Shown here: in pieces, positions 35,761 to 47,022 of the stretch
Layout: every line of letters starts with the position of its first letter
How positions within the stretch are numbered: position 1 is the first letter of the stretch
NCBI GenBank assembly: GCA_032718475.1
Contig: JAUCBJ010007139.1
Coordinates: 1-58,878, forward strand
DNA: 58,878 bases
Direction: 5' to 3'
Origin: Nemertoderma westbladi
Taxonomy: Eukaryota; Animalia; Xenacoelomorpha
Position numbers and translations under genes: made by a program
Notes under the pieces: generated by a model
What the model was told of the DNA's origin: nothing
Databases searched by the model: none
The model's input: the letters and a program-made list of their open reading frames with translations, nothing else

Positions 35761-36927
35761 TTTTAAGTAGGTTTCTGTAATTATTTGGCTATAGGAGCCC
35801 CTTGAAGTTGATATTGAATTTGTCTCACGTTTGGGTCCATGTCTCAAATTTGGCAGAATGACTGTACTTTGCAACAATTATGTTTGTATTTTTATTCAAA
35901 AATTGTGACATTACGAAATGATTGTATACATTATTATAAGTGATAGAAACTGCACAAATTAAATTCGTTGCTGTATAAATAAATGTAAAAATGACATAAA
36001 TTATGTTATAAATAAGTTAGCTTATATATATGGTGGCGTGTGGAGCCATGTTATAATAATATAGCTAGGCCCAACTGGTTATTAATAGCTATACCCCGCC
36101 TACCAGTAGGTAATGCAGTAAACCTATCTGGCTGTCAGGCAAATTTCCACCTATTGTTTACGTGGTAACTAATGACGGCGTCAAGTAATGTCCACTATGG
36201 GGACATTACTTAACGGATAACACCAAATATAGTACTAAATGTACATGCCAATACAATGCTGTAATGTCCTTAAAAGTTGTAAAGTGCTAAATAACAACTC
36301 GCTGTTAATACTAACGGCGTTGAGTAATGTTACAATTTTGGAATAAAATTAATTTACACTATTAATGCCTCAGCCAAAAAATGATAATAATCCATGTAAT
36401 CATAAATATAACTTTTTAAGATCATTCTACATAAATCCTAAACAAAATAATCAGCCCAATATTCCGTAGAATAATAATACTGTATAATCCTACTGATTAT
36501 AATTTATTGATTTATTTATTATTTATATATATATATAAATTTATACATTATTTGATTACTGTATTTATTTTATTGATAACTCAACTATTTTGTCTATACC
36601 TGAGATCTGAGAAGGATGTGTAGACTCGTCCAGAAGCGCAGCCCCTACAAGGCAAGCAGGATGGTGGTGGGTAGTCAAGAAATTATGTCTGGATGGCATT
36701 CTACAGTATCTCCGGCAGCCCTGTAGTCAACCATTCCCTTCTACACATCTAGCTACTCCAGCAAGCAGGAAGATTTTACCAGCGATCTCTTATCTGTTGA
36801 CCAATACCTGAGCAGTAACATATATTTTTCCTATTTCGGTATAGTTTTATAAGCGTAAAAATAGCTTTAGCGCGCGTAAATAATAACGAAATTTAAAAAT
36901 TATTTTTTCTACGGATACCTCTTTTAG

Positions 36928-38541
36928 CCCGCCGAGGACCGTTTCGGTCAAATTGACCTAAAATGAAGTTTACATGTAACTGTACAAATTCAATATATTC
37001 ACAATATTCATGAATTCTCCTAATTTTTTATACTCTATCCAAATGTAACCGGGTCACAACTTTTAGTTTAACAATTTATTTTTAATTTGACTTTTATAAG
37101 TTAGGCAACGCCAAGGGCCTAATGGGTCAATATGACCCATTATAGTTTTACTCATAAATAACAGTTTTGCAAAGTCGAATTCTGTAAACACATCAATTTT
37201 CCAAGTCAGGGCGATGCTTAATCAACATTGAAAAGTCAATTCGTCTGTTTGTACGTTGTATGTCAGTGCGTGTGTGTGTGTGTAATATGGAAACCTGGTA
37301 TCGTCCGTGAACCATATTTCCTGTATGCAGGTATGGGACGTCTTCTACTGTAATTAGACCTAGTCAGTGGTAATATAGCGTTAGGTTCAAACCGGTACAC
37401 TTTAGGTCCTGTAACGCATTACATTAAATTATTCCTAACTCTCGTTTATTGTTTTGGTTCCTTTCAACTCGCCTCTATAACCTGTTTCTTTACTAACCTG
37501 CCTGGCTATGGAGGCAGACTGGACTTACTGACCAAAGGGCTCGGCCCTAATGCTTACAGGCTGCCAGGACCTTATGCCACGGACCTAATGCTCCGGACCT
37601 AAAACTACTAGGTTGCCAGGACCTAAAGCTATACCGGGACTGGTATCTGGCTGTCTGGCTATATAGCCTTAAATATATATAATCTAGCTGTCTAGGCCTA
37701 CACCCTGCGGCATCCAGTAGACATTCTGTCATTAGCCTATAGGCCTATAAATTAATAATTTGGGCTAATATATTACAGTTGTGTGCTAAATGGAAACATT
37801 TTTGAGAATCACTTTTGTGTGTAATGTACAAAGCAGCCTTGTAGCGTTAGGTCCAAATCGGTATACTTTAAGCAGTTACTGAGTTAGGTCAGTAGCAGTA
37901 GGTCCTGTAGTGTTTAGGTCCCGTAGCTTTAGTAGTAACATATTTATGATATATTTGCTTCACTATTTATTTGGGAAACAAATAAGATTATCTTTACAGT
38001 AGAATACTTCTATACAATTACAGTATATGTAAATGTATATCAGATGCGTAATAGTAAGGTGCTATTAGAGATTATCATTTGTCGCAGTTGTTTAGCCTTT
38101 AATTAGTGCCACTCAAATGTTTCCTCATTGTTTGCGAATAATTATTCAATTAAAGTGGACTCGGTTTTTGTGTCACTCGCTTCGCTCTTTAATCAATCCC
38201 AGTTTGATGTAAATAGTCTGAGTACTTAAGTGAATGATATTATGAAACTCATATTGATACACATGCTTGTTCAGGTGGAGTTGTCAACATTTCTATGTAC
38301 AGTTCATATATGAACAAAATGAGAAACCCTCGTTTCGTAGTGTCAATCGCTACGCTCGTTATTGAAACCAAATCGGATGTAAATAGCCTAAGTAACTTGC
38401 CCTTAAGTCGCAAATGAGTTTCCACACTGATAAAGCCTCACTTTTGGTCATTTTGATTGATAATATTATCAATAATATACTGTGGGTCAATATGACCCAA
38501 ACGGTCCTGGGTGTAACCTGAATCAAATGGTCTTCGGCGGG
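36928..38541. mobile_element. piggyBac-like MITE (second family)
   Basis: TIR CCCGCCGAGGACCGTTT / AAATGGTCTTCGGCGGG (15/17), flanks TTAG/TTAA, internal palindromes GGTCAAATTGACC and GGGTCAATATGACCC near both ends. Confidence 0.75.
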
Positions 38542-38784
38542 TTAATAAATCAAAAACACGTATCTTTTATATTTCGAAATTCGGTATATATAGTTCACTA
38601 ATTACGGATGTTTGAACAGACGCAGCGATGATATTTCGCAGCGTTTCGCTCTTCTCGATGCTGTAACTTTCGACCAGTTTCGAAATTTGAAAATCTGACA
38701 GACATGGGGTGTTAGATTAGCTTTCGAACGGTGTACTCGGCGATCCGCTAGACCCACGGGAAGTCTCTTCCCGTGTCATTCCTG

Positions 38785-40718
38785 CTTCCTTACATATGAG
38801 GCAGAGTTGATAACAGACCCAGTGTACAGCAAGGAGAGTCTCGGCAAGGTACCGAAACCGGAAGACAGCGTGGCAGACGCACTTCCGAGAGTGAGCCAAT
38901 CTTCGCCATAAGCGACAGCCCAGGGGACTGAAAGTCCACAATGTCCTGAAAAAAAAACCACTTTGTGGCAGGGACAAAGGCAGTGCAACTATAGTGGCTA
39001 CAGAGGAAACATCACCCCTGGGGTAGACATATGCAACCAAAACAATAAACCATCCGAGTCGGACCTGGACGAAATACACGAAATGCTACATAGAAAGCGT
39101 TATAATCCAAACTACAAATGTCAGCTGCACAGAAATGGAACACATAAGATGAAGGATTGTGAGCAGTGGCATATGTTATTAAAACAGGACCAAAACGCTT
39201 ATACTGGGCAGTTTGGACTATGTCATAGATGTTGAGTAGGATGACATACAGTAGAAAGGACTGGTATCGAGAACGAGCACTGAAAAACGCGAATGGAGAT
39301 CAAACAATGGCGAGTACAATGGTGAACTTTAAGAAGTGAGGGACGGACAGTGTTGCTCAGAGTGGTCCCACTAAGGATGATCGGGAAAACAGGCGATCAG
39401 TAACAACACTGATGTTGATTGACAGTGGGGCAGCATTCACGTTGATGGAAAGCTGGATAGTGGAGAGGAGAGGATGAAACTAAAGACGAGGTCGTGTATG
39501 ATAGCGATCACTACCATATCCACCAAATAGGGGTATAGCGAAATAAATAAATATATCGAATAGGGGTTATAGCTCCCGGTTCCAACTATGGGGCGACCAT
39601 AGAGCCCATACGAATTACTGAGTCAATCAACATTAACGCCAAACGACTGACGCAGATCGAGGATGAACAATATCGGCACCGAGACTCAATCAGCTCGACG
39701 TGCCGAAAGTATCCCTGATAGTCGTGATGGAATGCCCGACAGCCCACAAAAGGATACAAACCGTATTTGGTGACGATAAGGAGCGAGACCCAGTGGCGAT
39801 CTTGACGCCATTTGTATGGACGCTTAGCAGGCTGATAACATCCAGAATCCCATTCAACATGTCAGAAACATCGGGATGCATGATGATGGTGCCATTACGG
39901 ACTTAGAGCAGGAAACGGCAGGACGAGAGGCCATAGAGAGAGGATGTGAAGACAAATATGAATCTGGGGCACAGAACCTGGGCGAGTTTGGGAGGGGCTT
40001 GGAGTCTTCCAGCGTGTTTCGGTTAGAAGAGGAAGAGAACCGGATAATGAGTTATCCAGAAGGATCCCCGATTCCATCAATGTCTGGGGTGCTGAGGATG
40101 CTGATACCTGCAGGATCCGATGGTGAATATGGGAGAATGGGTGATGGGGAGGCCTCATAGTAGAACTGGCCCAGTGAAGGATATCAGGAGTCAGGGTGAT
40201 TCCGGGTCAGGAACCACGCCCAGTGGGAAGGATGGAGGAGGATGAGTTTGGAGAAATGCTGCCAATAGAAGATATCGGATGAGTAGCGACAGCAAGGGAA
40301 TGGGCAGAGGAGAATGGGTTCAGCACACAGGACCTGGTTAAGATGGGGTGGAACCCGGATATCTCTAGTGGGTATCGGTAAGAGGAGGGAGAAGGGTGGA
40401 CGACAAAGTATCCAGAAATGATGATGATGCAATTGACGCAGAGTATGCTGATACCAGGGAGATTTGAGGGTGACTACAGGAGGGAAAAGCTGAGGGTAAT
40501 ATTGGGTGATGGAGGGATCTTGGGAGGGAACCAGCCTGGAGAGGGATACGAAGAAACAGGAATGATGATCCCAGGTCCAGAACCACCGCCAGTGGAAAGG
40601 ATCAAAGAAGACATGTTAAGTACAGAGCTGAGAAAGTACGAGGAGGCAACAAATGGTAGACCAGGGTCATTGGAAGCTTTACCACCGGCGCACATATTGA
40701 GTGGGAGGAATAATCGCG
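38785..40718 (+). mobile_element. BEL/Pao copy 4, decayed (gag C-part, protease, collapsed pol remnant)
   Basis: YEAELITDPVYS, YNPNYKCQLHRNGTHKMKDC, LIDSGAAF, AILTPF, MGDGE, NGRP..ALPPAHILSGR. Confidence 0.88.
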
Positions 40719-40720
40719 TC

Positions 40721-41022
40721 TTTGGTGGATATGGTAGTGATCGCTATCATACATGACCTCGTCTATAGTTTCATCCTTTCCTCTCCACTATCCAGCTTTC
40801 CATCAATGTGAATGCTGCCCCACTGTCAATCAACATCAGTGTTGTTACTGATCGCATGTTTTCCCGATCATCCTTAGTGGGACCACTCTGAGCAACACTG
40901 TCCGTCCCTCACTTCTTAAAGTTCACCATTGTACTCGCCATTGTTTGACCTCCATTCGCGTTTTTCAGTGCTCGTTCTCGATACCAGTCCTTTCTACTGT
41001 ATGTCATCCTACTCAACATCTA
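40721..41022 (-). repeat. Inverted duplication of 39226-39527
   Basis: ~300 bp reverse complement with only a handful of mismatches. Confidence 0.92.
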
Positions 41023-41330
41023 CCCTGCAAACAATTTAACGTTCATGTAACGTTATTCAACACTCATTTTCTAACAAATGAACGTTAGTATTAAACGTTG
41101 CATACTGTTGAATTATCGTTGGTTTGGCCGCAGTTCCAACGTTAACAAATACTTTAAACCTAACTATAAACAATGACAAATGAGCGTTATTTTTTAACGT
41201 TGCATACTGTTGAATTATCGTTGGTTTTGCTGCAGTATGAATGTTATTTTTCAACGTTGCATACTGTTGAATTATCGTTGGTTTGGCCGCAGTTCCAACT
41301 TTAAAAAATTTCTTAAACCTAACTAAACTG
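41023..41330. mobile_element. End of a probable DNA transposon/MITE with AACGTT subterminal repeats
   Basis: TA|CCCTGCAAAC start; AACGTTGCATACTGTTGAATTATCGTTGGTTT three times (~41094, 41196, 41253); partner end not found. Confidence 0.5.
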
Positions 41331-42521
41331 AAGGTTATTCGTAAAAAATGTCGTTGTTGATGGTACAGTATAATCCAAACTTAGTATTTTTACATTTGAA
41401 AGCACATATTCTATCTTTTAATATCAATTAACCAAAATTGTAATATAGTAATCAAGTAAGTAATAATCAAACGAATGCTGAATTAAGTAGGCCTAATGTT
41501 AAAGTGTTTTTACTGTGTATTTACTTCAAGTCTTTACTTACTGTATATAGTAGGCCTGCTAGTGTACTTCTGTACATAAGATTACAGTGCGAGCTGCGAG
41601 CTACAGTATAATATAATTTGGCTATAAGAAAGGCACATTGAGTATGAAGTACTCAATCCTCGTCTTCTCTCTTCTACTCTTCCTCGTCTCCCTCCACACC
41701 ATCATCGATTTCCACGGCAGCCATAGGAGGCATTGATAACCTCTCTTCCTCAACTCCAATGTCCTTGCCCTTCTCCTCTGCTTTTCTTGTTTTCTTTTCT
41801 TGTTTTCTTCCAGATAAACTGCAATAGAATAAATAAATATTATAAAATACCGGTGTCTGTAAATTTTTATACAATAAGAGATCGAGATTTGTCCCGAATT
41901 ACATGAGTGTAGACAGAAAGACATACTAGATTCCGTCAAACATGAAAACTGACATCGGAAATGAAATCACCGACCCGGAAAACCCCCAAGGTAAAACTAT
42001 TAGCAAATTAGTGTGCTTTTGTTATGTTCTACAACCTAAAGTAGAAAAGATGGACAAACAGACAGTCGGACAGACGTCAATTCAATTCAATATATATTTT
42101 CCAAATGCTTAACAAATGATACAATAAATTGCACAATAATTACTGTACAATATATATTGTAAATACGTAATTATAAAGTAAACTATAAAGTTAATTGGGG
42201 ATTTAGCACAGGACAGGACACCAGCGAATAGCTGTAATAGCTAGTAGCGTGCTGGTGCCCTGGGGGGGGGGGGGGGGGGGGTACATTACGTTTGCTACTA
42301 GTGTTACATGATATAATTTTAATATACATAGATATGAGTATTGAAATTTATATTTATTACTTCGTGCAGCACCAATCGTAATACGTGGACGGACGCTACA
42401 CTGCCGCCAAGGAAAAACAGGATTTGTATAATAAAACTAAATTTAAATTTAAATACTGGATGATTTAATTTTTCGTAGTTGATAATAATGGAGGAGAATA
42501 TTGCAAGGTAATTCCAAATAT

Positions 42522-45500
42522 CTATATAGTTTCAAGTAGATATCTCTTAAGATTTTTAGCAAATGTTGATTTGGTTTTCTTTTGTTTAATTATACGTGGG
42601 ATAGAATTCCACACGGACGGGCCCCGAAAACTGATGGTTTGCTGACTAGATACTAAACGAACTAAAGGGATCTGATAATTATCAGCAGCTACTGACCGGG
42701 TGTTATATTGGTGAACAGAAGAAGTTAAAGTAAAAAGATTTGATATTAAGGGTGGAACATCTATTAGTTTATTGTGCAATTCGTACATGAATATACCTAC
42801 CTGTTGTTTATAGAGTTGATCTAATGGGAGTATGCCTAACTGTTTATAAATAGGTGAAGAAGATGACCGGTAGTGACTACGTGTAATACAGCGAAGGATC
42901 TTGTTTACTTTAATTCTGATCGGTTTTAGAACAGAAGAGAATGTACCGCCCCAAACTATAATGCCGTAAAGTAGATAAGGATGCACAAGTGAATAGTAAA
43001 GCTGGCGTAAAATATTAAGAGGAAAAATATACCGAAGTTTATAAAATATCCCAGCCGTTTTGGAAATTTTTTGAATTATGTGCTGAATATGAGTTTTAAA
43101 ATTTAACTGTTTATCAACCCAGATGCCCAAGATTTTGCTGGATTGTGTATACTTAATTTTAATATTATTAATTTCAACTCTAGATAGATTATAGGTACTG
43201 TGAATATTTGAAAAAAATGTTGCTTCAGTTTTAGTCAAATTAAGTGACAAAGCGTTATCCATCAGCCAATCTGAAATTTTAGTTAGTTCAGAGTTTAGTT
43301 CTGATATTAAAATATTGGGATTTTTATGTGAATAGAGTAAGGTTGTATCGTCAGCAAAAAGTGCAGGAAAAAGTTTGGAAGCCCGGGGGAGATCATTTAT
43401 ATATAATAAAAATAAAGTGGGAGATAGGACGCCCCCTTGCGGAACACCACAAAGAAGTGGCTCTAGAGAAGACAAAAAATTACCTAGCTTTACGAATTGC
43501 TGCCTGGATGCAAGAAAATTTTCGAATAATTGGAGCGGTACACCTCTGACTCCGTATCTTTCGAGCTTATTTAATAGAATTTTATAATTTAAGGTATCAA
43601 AAGCTTTTGATAGATCAATGTAAACAGCGCACGATGCGTCCTTTTCTTCGAGGGCCGTGTGAATCTGTTCTAAAACCGATAGAATTGCATGTGAGGTTGT
43701 TCTTTTAGGCCTAAAACCGAACTGAGATTGAGAGATAATTTTAAATTTTGATAAATAAGAAATAAGTTGTGTATTGATAATAGTTTCGAAAATTTTAGTT
43801 AATACCGGTAGTAGGGAAATAGGTCTAAAGTTCGTAGGATTACTCGCGTTACCACCCTTATGTAATGGAATAACTTTAGCAATCTTTAGCGAATCAGGAT
43901 AAAAACCAGAAGAAAAAGATAAGTTGATTAGACTACTTAAGTGTATTGATAGCGGTTTAGCTGCGAGGATTAGGAGCTTAGTAGGAAAAGGATCATTAGA
44001 GGCGGATTTAGGATCTAGGTGTAATAGGCGGTATTCTACTTCAACTGGAGTGGTTTCGGTAAGACCAAAACTATTGTTATTAGAATGTGAAATATGACGT
44101 AGATAAGAACGGTTAGATTTAGGTATTTTATCTGCTAATTTCGGTCCTATTGTAGAGAAGTGATTATTTAAGGTATTAGCGATTTCGGATGGATCAGTAA
44201 TTGTCCTAATAGAATCGCCTGAGCCGGTAATTAATTTTTTTGGGATCAAGGAATTTTTAGATCTATTAAGTGCACTGTTAATTATTATCCAAGTTTTTTT
44301 AATGTTTCCAGAATTTTTTTCAAATTGTGCCGAATAGTATTCCTTTTCAGCCTTACGCAATAAATTAAGTAGTTTATTTCTAAAACGTTTAAAAGATTCA
44401 AGATTTATGTCATTTGGATGTTTAATATATGTACGATATAAATTATTTTTAATTATAGTCAATTTAATTAATTTGGGAGTAAGCCACGGTTTTCTTGGAA
44501 GTTCGCGAGATGGGATTGTTTTTTTAGGAACATGCGAGTTTGTGATTTTCGAAAAATCATTGTAGAATGTATCAAATTTATTTTTATCTCGAATCGGTGA
44601 AGACTTATAAGACCAATTACTGTCCGACTCAATATCACGTTTAAATGAATCTACATTAAAATTTGAAAAGTCATATACTGTATTATTTTTAGCTTGATTA
44701 AAGTGACAAGAATATTTTTCAAATATTACGTAAGTAGGTTGATGGTCAGAAGTGCCTATTTTAGAGGAAAACACACCGGAATTTGTAAAGGAAGTCGCTA
44801 TATTAGTGATAGTATGGTCTATTAAAGACTGGTAAGTAGGAATAATACGAGTAGCTTGTTTAATTAGTTGGACAAAACCATTAGAGTTTAAGAGATCTAC
44901 GTATTCCTCGGCTGTGCTGGAAGATTGGAGTAAATTTATATTCATGTCACCTGTAATTATCACATCGAGTTTGAGCGCGTTCAATCTAGTCAGTTGATTA
45001 TCCAGTATTTCAAAAAATTTATCTTTATTTAGAGAATGTGGCCGGTAAATCGTTCCAATAACAACAGGTTTCTGTCTAGGCCGGTCAATTTGAACCCACG
45101 AGTTTTCAAGACCATCCATGTGGAACTCATCCCTAGGTGACACGGTTAATTTATTGTTTACAAAAATTACCGTACCTCCCCGATGTAGTGTTCCAGCTTT
45201 TCTATTATCGAAAAAAGGATCATGATAACCGGCACTTTTATAAAAACCAATAAAATCGTTATCTGCAATAAATGTTTCGGTTAAAGTAATAATGTCAAAT
45301 TTAAAATTAATAATGGAAAGAAAATCTGTTAGCGGTGAAAAATTTTTAGATAAACTACGGCAATTTAAGTTAAGAATTGAAAGTGACGCGGATGATTTAG
45401 AGTTTGGAAATTTTTTATTAAATTCTAATTCCGAGATGCTACCGGTATTTATGTTTAGATCGATTAAGTTATTATCCGGATCAATTTGGTTAAAAGTTTG

Positions 45501-45776
45501 GTTTAATACATCATTGATATTGTCACTACGTGGATCAGTTTCTTGCTCGTGAAGGTCAAAAATATCTATATGGTCATTATTTATGGTTTGAAAAGGGAAT
45601 ATTTCAATAGTGCAAAAGTTGCAAAAAACGTCCCTGGCAGAAGTGCAACCTCCGGAGCCAGGTGCCGATAGATGGGTGCCGCACGGAAAGTGAAATTTAT
45701 TCTTACAGTATAAACATGAGAAGAAAGTGTCAAAAGGTGTAAAGGGTGCGTAACAAAAGTAGCAAGATTCAAGCAT
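42522..45776 (-). CDS. LINE ORF2: PHD-like finger + APE endonuclease + reverse transcriptase (intact)
   Basis: CYFC..CLYC..HFPC..CNFC; NCRSL, LTET, GTIYRP, TGDMN, SLIDH, SDH; NFRPISLL, QFGFR, DLSKAFD, GVPQG, FADD; first ATG at 45776. Confidence 0.95.
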   Translation of the reverse strand: MLESCYFCYAPFTPFDTFFSCLYCKNKFHFPCGTHLSAPGSGGCTSARDVFCNFCTIEIFPFQTINNDHIDIFDLHEQETDPRSDNINDVLNQTFNQIDPDNNLIDLNINTGSISELEFNKKFPNSKSSASLSILNLNCRSLSKNFSPLTDFLSIINFKFDIITLTETFIADNDFIGFYKSAGYHDPFFDNRKAGTLHRGGTVIFVNNKLTVSPRDEFHMDGLENSWVQIDRPRQKPVVIGTIYRPHSLNKDKFFEILDNQLTRLNALKLDVIITGDMNINLLQSSSTAEEYVDLLNSNGFVQLIKQATRIIPTYQSLIDHTITNIATSFTNSGVFSSKIGTSDHQPTYVIFEKYSCHFNQAKNNTVYDFSNFNVDSFKRDIESDSNWSYKSSPIRDKNKFDTFYNDFSKITNSHVPKKTIPSRELPRKPWLTPKLIKLTIIKNNLYRTYIKHPNDINLESFKRFRNKLLNLLRKAEKEYYSAQFEKNSGNIKKTWIIINSALNRSKNSLIPKKLITGSGDSIRTITDPSEIANTLNNHFSTIGPKLADKIPKSNRSYLRHISHSNNNSFGLTETTPVEVEYRLLHLDPKSASNDPFPTKLLILAAKPLSIHLSSLINLSFSSGFYPDSLKIAKVIPLHKGGNASNPTNFRPISLLPVLTKIFETIINTQLISYLSKFKIISQSQFGFRPKRTTSHAILSVLEQIHTALEEKDASCAVYIDLSKAFDTLNYKILLNKLERYGVRGVPLQLFENFLASRQQFVKLGNFLSSLEPLLCGVPQGGVLSPTLFLLYINDLPRASKLFPALFADDTTLLYSHKNPNILISELNSELTKISDWLMDNALSLNLTKTEATFFSNIHSTYNLSRVEINNIKIKYTQSSKILGIWVDKQLNFKTHIQHIIQKISKTAGIFYKLRYIFPLNILRQLYYSLVHPYLLYGIIVWGGTFSSVLKPIRIKVNKILRCITRSHYRSSSSPIYKQLGILPLDQLYKQQVGIFMYELHNKLIDVPPLISNLFTLTSSVHQYNTRSVAADNYQIPLVRLVSSQQTISFRGPSVWNSIPRIIKQKKTKSTFAKNLKRYLLETI

Positions 45777-46148
45777 GGGGCGATTGCGGAGGGGGGGGGG
45801 GGGGGGGGGGGGGTAGGGGTGAAACACAAAAGTATGGCAGCTACCGAATTAAGAAAAGGATAGCTAGTGGGCTACAAATGATAGCAGCACGGGTATTGCC
45901 TCAATGTATGGTTAGAATGTAACCTAACTAACTGACTAACAAAATTATTACAGTCTACATATTATTGTAAATCTTACATATAAGAACTAAAGCGATATAT
46001 ATATAGTATATTGGACCCCGTATGTGTTATCAGGTTTGGGATTTGGAACTGCAACCTCCCCGGCACCGGTACCGGTACCATGGATCGAAGAACGAGGTGA
46101 TCGACGGAGAGGAGGATGTCATCCGACCTTGCCCAAGTTGCTGGTGGC

Positions 46149-46907
46149 TCAGGTGGGATCGGATTCCTGAGGAACTTCGTTGCCGTTTCCCGACGACCGG
46201 TTATCGGTAACTGGAGTCACCAAAGGGCGGGAAACCCTGTCTACATCGCTGTTTGAGAACACCTGGATTGGATCCCCGTTCGGTAATACACGTACCGTGA
46301 CTACTCCATTGTACGTGTAGGCAGAGTGTAGCCGTTGGGTTTTTTTCATTTTCAGCGCATAGTGAAGGACAGCCGATCGACGCGGGGTTAGGTGGTCTGT
46401 CATATAAACACCTTCCGGGAGTGCTTTACGATTACTAAATGCTACCCAGCGCGACGAATGGCCGTAGAAACGAACAATAATGGGGCGAAACTTTATATTG
46501 ACCACGCTAGTATGGGGCTTTGGTTTCCCCAGACGGTGAAAAACATCAACTGAGTTGATGTGTATACCTAGGCTAGATAGTATACCTGTAATCTGATCCC
46601 GATCTTTGGTCCTCGTAGTCCCAGTACTGTTTCCGGTACCAGTGTCTTCGTGAATCCCGTGGAAGAGTATCGAGTGGCGCCGCTCGTACTGGTCAAGATC
46701 ATCAATGGTTATCGCTTGAGCTGCAATTTCTTTCTTTAAGGATATATTATCCATCTTTAGAGTTTCGTTTTCCTTTATCAACATGGGGATGCTGTCTAAT
46801 TGCGATTTAATTAGTTTAACGTCGTCGTCTAATGTATCGAATTTCGATTCGATCAGTTCTTTTAATTTTTCAATCGCCGTAGCCCAGTTGTCTCCCTTTG
46901 GACCCAT
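46149..46907 (-). CDS. LINE ORF1 (coiled coil + L1-type RRM/CTD)
   Basis: LDQYERRHSILFHGI, HRLG, RPIIVRF, GVYMTDHLTPRR, AYTYNGVV. Confidence 0.9.
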   Translation of the reverse strand: MGPKGDNWATAIEKLKELIESKFDTLDDDVKLIKSQLDSIPMLIKENETLKMDNISLKKEIAAQAITIDDLDQYERRHSILFHGIHEDTGTGNSTGTTRTKDRDQITGILSSLGIHINSVDVFHRLGKPKPHTSVVNIKFRPIIVRFYGHSSRWVAFSNRKALPEGVYMTDHLTPRRSAVLHYALKMKKTQRLHSAYTYNGVVTVRVLPNGDPIQVFSNSDVDRVSRPLVTPVTDNRSSGNGNEVPQESDPT

Positions 46908-47022
46908 TTTTGTACAAATTGTTCAGTTGTAAGTTAAGTCAGTGAGTGTGTAGCATGTACATGTAAGACTGTACAATCAGTCAGTCAGCAGTCAGGCAGT
47001 TTATCCTGTCATCGCAGTCCGC

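Noticed and set aside
41640-41830. Possible minus-strand acidic exon after a TTGCAG acceptor
   Set aside because: Short, low-complexity, with no linked exons or recognisable homology
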